Shown in pieces: positions 57,854-64,000 of a stretch of DNA of 64,000 nt. The notes beneath the pieces were generated by a model. The model was given only the letters and a program-made list of their open reading frames with translations, had not been told where the DNA came from and ran no database searches. Source of the stretch: a virus (Duplodnaviria > Heunggongvirae > Uroviricota > Caudoviricetes); the IMG/VR virus record IMGVR_UViG_3300042901_002340; one strand, 5' to 3'. The number at the start of each line of letters is the position of its first letter. Position 1 is the first letter of the stretch. Made by a program: the position numbers and the translations under genes.

Positions 57854-58639
57854 ATGAAAAAAATATACACACAGAAGGAGATAGACGAATGGGAATCAAC
57901 CAATGATCCCATTATGAACTCTCTGTGGTATAAAAATAGACCGGGGATAAGACGTTCAGGTATTAATGTAAAGATAACAAGCCTAGAAATGGTTACCTTA
58001 TATGAATATGATATGGACCCAGTTAGTTTTATACACAATCATGGAATAGTTTATCCCAGCGGTAATAGGTGTAAACCAATCCTCCATGATGATCAGATAA
58101 GAATGCTAAGGGATCACGAGGTAAAAAGGTTTTACCCAGTTTATCTTCCCAGACAATCTGGACTAAGCTCATCCATACAATTTATGGCACTTCATGATCT
58201 TGTATTCAAAGGGAGTGATGTTGTTATAATATGCAAAAGTTTAAGAAGATCAGCTGAGCTAATAAAAAGAATAATGGAGATGTATGCAGAACTTCCATTC
58301 TATATGAAGCCGGGTGTGGACAGCATGGAGGACGTTAGTGTTAGATTTGAGAATGGAGGTAGAATAACAGCTTGGCCCGCTGATAGACCAATGGGTAGAA
58401 ATATAGATTGTTTATTCGTTGATGACTTTCAATACATGGACAGAAAAAGCAGGGAATCCATATTTCGAACCTGGGTGCCGGTGATGTCTAGTCTAGTATT
58501 AACCAGAATTTTTATCGGAACTAGCGGGGGAATTCCTGAGGAATTTAGGGACATCAGGGAGTTTGCTATGTTTATGTGTGATGATATTAAATGGATAACT
58601 GTAAAGGATAGAGGGATATCCACTTTTTATCAGGATTAA
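57854..58639 (+). CDS. Truncated/degenerate T4 gp17-like terminase ATPase domain
   Basis: PRQSGLSS (Walker A lacking Lys), YAELPFYMKPG, FENG, LFVDDF; no nuclease domain. Confidence 0.65.
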   Translation: MKKIYTQKEIDEWESTNDPIMNSLWYKNRPGIRRSGINVKITSLEMVTLYEYDMDPVSFIHNHGIVYPSGNRCKPILHDDQIRMLRDHEVKRFYPVYLPRQSGLSSSIQFMALHDLVFKGSDVVIICKSLRRSAELIKRIMEMYAELPFYMKPGVDSMEDVSVRFENGGRITAWPADRPMGRNIDCLFVDDFQYMDRKSRESIFRTWVPVMSSLVLTRIFIGTSGGIPEEFRDIREFAMFMCDDIKWITVKDRGISTFYQD

Positions 58640-59732
58640 GCAATTCCATTATATCGGCATATTTTATATCACAACCCCATCCTTGGAGTGACATATCCAT
58701 ATTTATAGGTAACCACAAGCGATCCTTCGTCGTGAAGACACCAAATATTAGAAAATATGTTTTGTTCCCGAAGGAAGCACTATATTCGTTGCCATGAACA
58801 AATCTGATGGGTCCATTTTCACCTAATATCTTCCAGATATCAAATGTATCAAAAGACTCATCATACACAAAGGTGATCATCTTATCCTTTTCCATTTAAT
58901 ATCCAAAACCTTAAATTTATCCCAGATTAATCCCTGAATTTTAATTGCCCACCCATTTGCGCACTGTCCCTCATTGATGGTTAATGTGTTGCCACTAGGA
59001 AGTTTAAACTTTCCAAAGATCTCAACCACCATCAGGGGTTTACCTGTGTCCTTATGTTCGCCCCATTTAGTTTTTGCTACGTATCTGGTGTTCTCCATAA
59101 GGGAATAACCTTCCCCGAGTAAATACCCAGAGATTCCAAGATCTTCCATTCTGCTATCATAGAAGAACTCAACTCTTTCTGTGTCTATAATATTTTTTCC
59201 CATCTCACTGAAAATTTTCTAAGTTCCTCCAAATTAGATTCTGTTAAAGCCAATCTTTGTTGGGATTGGGAAGGTTCATTACCAATCCAAATTGAAAATT
59301 TCCCATTGATGTGACCCAGTAAATCTACCTCGTACATTTCTCCATCGATATATTGAAAGTAGTACATACTGTTTTTTTGTGGCATGCCATCAAACCAGAG
59401 GAAGCTAAAATCTATCTCAATTTTTCCCATACAACCTTTAACTTTTCAAGCTCCGCAATGTGCTCGGCATTTAAAAAAACTGAACATTCGGATCTATTTA
59501 GAAGAATACTGCTGGTTAAGGTTACATGGAAATACCCATCGATTACACCCGCCCTCTCACGTGGATCCCACCAAATTCTATATTCTTCACCATCTATAAA
59601 ATCATAAAGCCAGCCAACTAGATTTTTTTTGATTGACATGGATGAATCATACATGAATGTGAAATCATCGAATCTTTCAATAGTGGTTTCACTATTGACA
59701 AAAACCTTATTGGTTATGGTGTTCTTTCCCAT
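58587..59732 (-). CDS. Four tandem small hypothetical ORFs (58587-58895, 58877-59203, 59185-59430, 59412-59732)
   Basis: Overlapping ORFs downstream of the TAnnTTTG promoter at ~59756. Confidence 0.5.
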
Positions 59733-59951
59733 GGAGTGATGTTTTTGTTTGTCATGCAAATATAATCAAAACACCCGGAAAAATCCAGACAATCAAAAAA
59801 AAGTTCATCTGGGGGGATGAACTTTTTAATTAACCTTTTAATCTGGAGAGCACCACCTCGTTGGCTTTGATCACTCTCGCTCTCTTCACTTGGTTTCCTC
59901 TGTTGGCTTTTTGCCTGCCAACTTTCTTTGATTTTGACATCTTGTTTTGTT

Positions 59952-60344
59952 TTATTTTTTTCTTATAACCTTGGCAGGATCTCCCCTCCAAGTCGTGGTC
60001 TCCACCGCATATGCATCGGCAAGCTTTCTCCAAACCTCTTGGGAGTTTGCATTGGAGGTGTGATCCGCTTGATGCACAGCAAATCCAGATTTCAACAGAT
60101 CATCGATGCACATCTTGATGAATCTATAACCAGATCCTCTGGGCGTGACCTTGTCTTGGTTTTTATAGAAGCTAACTATGCTTGCTGCTTCACCTGCCAC
60201 GAAAACCATCATCTCCCCAACTTCTCTGCCATTAAGCAACCAGCTGTATTCCCAGGAGTTTTTGTCAATCTCATTTCTCTGGATCTCTAGAGAGTCCGGC
60301 ATCTCCGCTTCAAAGAGTTCTCCAAATGTTTTGATTCTTTTCAT
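59952..60344 (-). CDS. Putative internal virion protein, GNAT-like fragment
   Basis: MKRIKTFGELFEA; RGSG motif. Confidence 0.5.
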   Translation of the reverse strand: MKRIKTFGELFEAEMPDSLEIQRNEIDKNSWEYSWLLNGREVGEMMVFVAGEAASIVSFYKNQDKVTPRGSGYRFIKMCIDDLLKSGFAVHQADHTSNANSQEVWRKLADAYAVETTTWRGDPAKVIRKK

Positions 60345-60441
60345 CTGTTATATATCATCTAAGTGAACCCAGGCGAAGGCGCATCGAAGCCCCTTTCTCA
60401 TTAAATTTCTAGGGGCCGGGCCCTCGGATCGGGATTGCTAT

Positions 60442-60768
60442 TTATTTCGAAGAAGGTGCAAGATCTTCCGGAGTCAACACAGAAGCAGGAATGATCTCAG
60501 GATGTAGATCCATGACAGAGTATCTAATAGATCTCTCACACTCATCTCCATTAACGAAAAGGATCTTCTGGATGTCAGATGCCACAGCCTCTTCAATCTC
60601 TGCCACATCACAAGTGGACATATCTACTATGGTCAACTCTCCCGCTTCCACCATGTCATCTATGCGGACTTGGGTCTCTGGGCGAAATGGAGCTGTGCCT
60701 TCCACGATGATGAGCCTACTTGTTTCTCCGAAGTGAAAGAACTCGTTGATGTGCTTAAGATGTTTCAT
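60442..60768 (-). CDS. Hypothetical protein
   Basis: MKHLKHINEFF start with GATATATA upstream. Confidence 0.5.
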   Translation of the reverse strand: MKHLKHINEFFHFGETSRLIIVEGTAPFRPETQVRIDDMVEAGELTIVDMSTCDVAEIEEAVASDIQKILFVNGDECERSIRYSVMDLHPEIIPASVLTPEDLAPSSK

Positions 60769-60870
60769 AAAAATGTATTTTTTTCTCTTATATATCCAGG
60801 TGACCAAGTCCCTATCCAGACGGAACAAATAAGGGATATCCCATATAAAAATGAAAACAAACATCACCCA

Positions 60871-61310
60871 ATGAGCAAGACAAAGAGAAGAGTGCACATT
60901 CAGAAACAAGAGTGGAACTGGTGGGTGTCATATGACAGATACAGGGAACCTCATAGAGTGACGATAGGTTCTCCTGACAAGCAGTACTATATTTACTCTC
61001 CAGAAGAGATACTAGGCAAGCCATGCTTCTACTATGGGGAACCAGGGTACAGATCACCAATCCACATAACTCCCTCTGACATCAGGTCATTCATAGGTAA
61101 AAACATACTAAATCCACACACCACATGATACACTGGCACTGGCTGGTTTTCGAAGCCATCATCCTGGGATTCGTCTATCTCATCTGCAGATCATATAATC
61201 ACCCAACATACCAAAAAGATTATGGCGAGTTTACTTGGTTCATCAAAGGCTTCTGGAGCATCATGTGCATCTTCTTCCTACTTATCTGGGGTGGATACAT
61301 TTGGTTCTAA
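60871..61310 (+). CDS. Two small ORFs (60871-61128; membrane protein 61125-61310)
   Basis: ATGA overlap; the second has two hydrophobic helices. Confidence 0.5.
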
Positions 61311-61323
61311 TCACTGGCTGAAG

Positions 61324-61401
61324 GAACTCTTTGTTGAATCCTCTAATGAACTCTTTGTTGAATCCTCTAATGAACTCTTTGGTGAATCCTCTAATGAACT
61401 C
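61324..61401. repeat. 24-bp direct repeat x3.25
   Basis: GAACTCTTTG(T/G)TGAATCCTCTAAT. Confidence 0.9.
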
Positions 61402-62434
61402 GGCTAGGATTAGATCTGGCATTCATTATTAGGAACGCCTAAGCGAGCTCACGGTGATCCAGCTGTGCCACGCACGAGGCCCCCTTAAATTGGACCTCCA
61501 AAATAGGGGTCCCTTACACAAGATAACCCGTCTTTCCAAGAAATAAGGGTCCCCTAATCAGCGGTTCCAGCCCCCTCATAACCGCCATATACGAGGGGGC
61601 TTCATAGCCCCTATGAGGGACCCCGTTTTTACCCCCCTTCAGGATCTTGGAGGGGGCCTAGTTTTCACGGTGTTCCAAAGGCAGGCAAAACAAAAATTTT
61701 TGGAATAAGAAAGAGATTACACCTCGGGCAGAGCTTAAGCATTAAATCAACATGCTCTTAATCCCACCACCGAGGCCCCCGGTGGTGCACATGCTTATAA
61801 TGAATATTTGGGGTCACCCCACAAAAAGGGCCCAGGTTTCCCTGAGCCTCTTTTCGAGCAGTTAGTTGTAATTAAAACATGCTTATGAGTTTATTCTGAG
61901 AGTTCTAAACAATTGTTATCTGGACACACGTAAAGAAATTCATTACCCAGTCCGATTGGGTGTTTGGTGCAGATCCCGTTACACCGTTGGCATCTTGGTG
62001 CCTCTATGAATCTACTATGGAATCTGTTGTAAGCTTCCGATAGATGAGTTAGTAGATTTTGCATTTGTGTTTTGATTTTAATTACAGAGCAAATATAAGG
62101 GATTCTTTTTGAATAAAAAAATAATATGAGAACTTTAACGCTTAGCAACTTTAACGTGAATTATTTTTTTATCCCGCGACTTTGTTGTACTTTAGCTCCT
62201 TCGGACCAATTTTAGAAAGTTGAAAATTTTACAGGGGAAAGAATGGAGACCACCGTCGACCTCGGTGTGATACATCTGTCTCTTCCTCTCTTTACATCTT
62301 ACTCTTACATATGTATTTCTCCATCGCCGGCGGTGGAAAGCATGCATGTCCATGCATTTTCCATGTCAAAACCTTGCCACACAAAAAAGGCTCACGTTCC
62401 TCACCGTGAGCCTTGGGGTTGTGTGACATTTGGT

Positions 62435-62908
62435 TTACATCCCAAATGTCACACCTAGGTTGGCTTTATTAAACGTGTCATAGCCGAGATTAATTCTGAT
62501 TCGCGGTGCGACACTATAGCCGATTAGTGCTCCAAACATTATCTTGTGCTCATCAGGTATGCTCTGTTGCACACCGTTGACTCTACCAGTAACATGCACA
62601 ATGGTTTGATTCCCGATTCTCGCACCGTAGTAAATGTTGTCTTGTTGATACCCGAGGTTTACGAAGTATGCCTTATCATTTCTGGTGTAGTTGATACCAT
62701 CTTGTGTGCGGATTTGATTATCAACCATTACTCCAGCACCGGCGCCTATGTGGTATTCTTTGAATCTGAAAGCTAATTCGGCTGCCATGGTTTTAGCAAA
62801 CCCACCAGTGAAGGTGAGATTTACTGAAGAAGGAGTATCGCCTCTGTGACATTGTGACCATGCTGATACACCGAGGGTAAGAGCTAAGATGAGAATTGAT
62901 TTTTTCAT
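62435..62908 (-). CDS. Small outer-membrane beta-barrel-like protein
   Basis: Signal peptide; alternating beta-strand pattern; ends LGVTFGM. Confidence 0.6.
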   Translation of the reverse strand: MKKSILILALTLGVSAWSQCHRGDTPSSVNLTFTGGFAKTMAAELAFRFKEYHIGAGAGVMVDNQIRTQDGINYTRNDKAYFVNLGYQQDNIYYGARIGNQTIVHVTGRVNGVQQSIPDEHKIMFGALIGYSVAPRIRINLGYDTFNKANLGVTFGM

Positions 62909-63062
62909 AAGTTCTAGTTTCTGGTTAATGAGATTACTACAATGATTAGAATTAGCACTACCGCTTTAATAATGATTAATTTTTTCATAATGAGTTGGTT
63001 TTAATTACTAAGTAAATATAATAATAATGGTTTAGATACCAACGATTGATTTCGTTAAATTT

Positions 63063-63314
63063 TTAGAAAGTTAATTCCGCAGTCATATCTTTAGCACCGA
63101 TGGCTTCAAGTCTTCTTGATATATAACCCCAAACGTGTTGTGGGATATACTCAAGATCAAATATAACTATTGGATCATTCGAGGCATCTATCGCTTGGTG
63201 ATATCTACCGGATACTTTATTGATAGGACCTGAAGCAGAATCCACCATTTCGAAATAATCATCCCTCTTGTCATCAGGAATCATATAGGCTTTTTGTGTG
63301 TCCGTTGTAAGCAT
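63063..63314 (-). CDS. Hypothetical early protein
   Basis: Follows TATATTTGC promoter motif. Confidence 0.55.
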   Translation of the reverse strand: MLTTDTQKAYMIPDDKRDDYFEMVDSASGPINKVSGRYHQAIDASNDPIVIFDLEYIPQHVWGYISRRLEAIGAKDMTAELTF

Positions 63315-64000
63315 GATTATATTGGTTTTAATTACTAAGCAAATATAATAATAAAGGTTTAGTTTCAAATGATAATAATCGTTAAAGTTTTCTCACGGTG
63401 TTTCCCATCAGGCTCCATCCGAATTCCAGGCGGAGGCTTTCTTCAGGGCATCTGGAGAAACACCGTCGACAACGGTGGGAACAGGGACATGCCCTGATCC
63501 ATGTCAAAAGCCCACAAAAAAAGAGGCTGAGCCTCTTTACACCGTTGCGGGTTTAGTTGTGTGTTATTCTTTTTCTTCAACGGTTTCTACTGGTGTCTCC
63601 TTGTATATTTTAATTGTTCTCATTAAAGATGCTGTTAATCTTTTACAGTAGTCCGAGTAATCACCGGGGCTTCTCCCACAGCATGCTGCGTTCTCTAAAC
63701 TCATTAGAACTTCTCTTTCAACTTGTTGTTCGTTCATGATTATGTTTGTTTTAATTACTTGGCAAATATATGATATAATAACTAATATCGAACGATTATT
63801 TTCGTTAAAGTTTTCTCACGGTGTTTCCCATCGGGATTCCATAGGATTCCAATTGGAAAAATGAAGAAGACCATATCCTGTCTCTAAAATGATTTCCACC
63901 GGGGCCGACGGTGTTTATGTTTATGTAAGGATTTACATGTCAAAATTCCTGATTTACAATTTTCATCCTTTACACCGAGGTCGACGGTGGATTGGTATCC

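Noticed and set aside
61324-61401. CRISPR array
   Set aside because: Repeats are directly adjacent with no spacers, and no cas genes are present.
1-64000. Stop-codon reassignment, as seen in some large Bacteroidetes phages
   Set aside because: Long genes are intact in the standard code, several end plausibly at TAG or TGA, and no CTA/TCA-anticodon tRNA was found.

Overview
AT-rich 64 kb segment, mostly minus-strand genes, that looks like part of a very large tailed-phage genome. Many promoters carry the Bacteroidetes sigma-A -7 element TAnnTTTG, and there is a T9SS-type C-terminus and a VDTT-repeat lipoprotein, all pointing to a Bacteroidetes (Flavobacteria-like) host. Left to right: a glycosyltransferase cluster, a ClpC-like ATPase, an array of Mtd_N/collagen tail-fibre genes, then a ~21 kb RNA island. 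The island holds 28 tRNAs covering all 20 amino acids, GIY-YIG and HNH homing endonucleases, a TROVE/Ro60 gene with Y-RNA-like RNAs and many unexplained structured RNAs. Beyond it lie many small genes sharing a capsid-targeting-like N-terminus, a sigma-70 factor and a repeat-rich right end. The standout observation is two unannotated leader-peptide attenuators (29032-29124 and 40280-40408), each heading one of the two main tRNA blocks. Each leader's codons match the tRNAs downstream of it, suggesting the phage senses depletion of specific tRNAs and switches on its own replacements. All calls come from manual reading of the sequence; no searches or folding programs were run.
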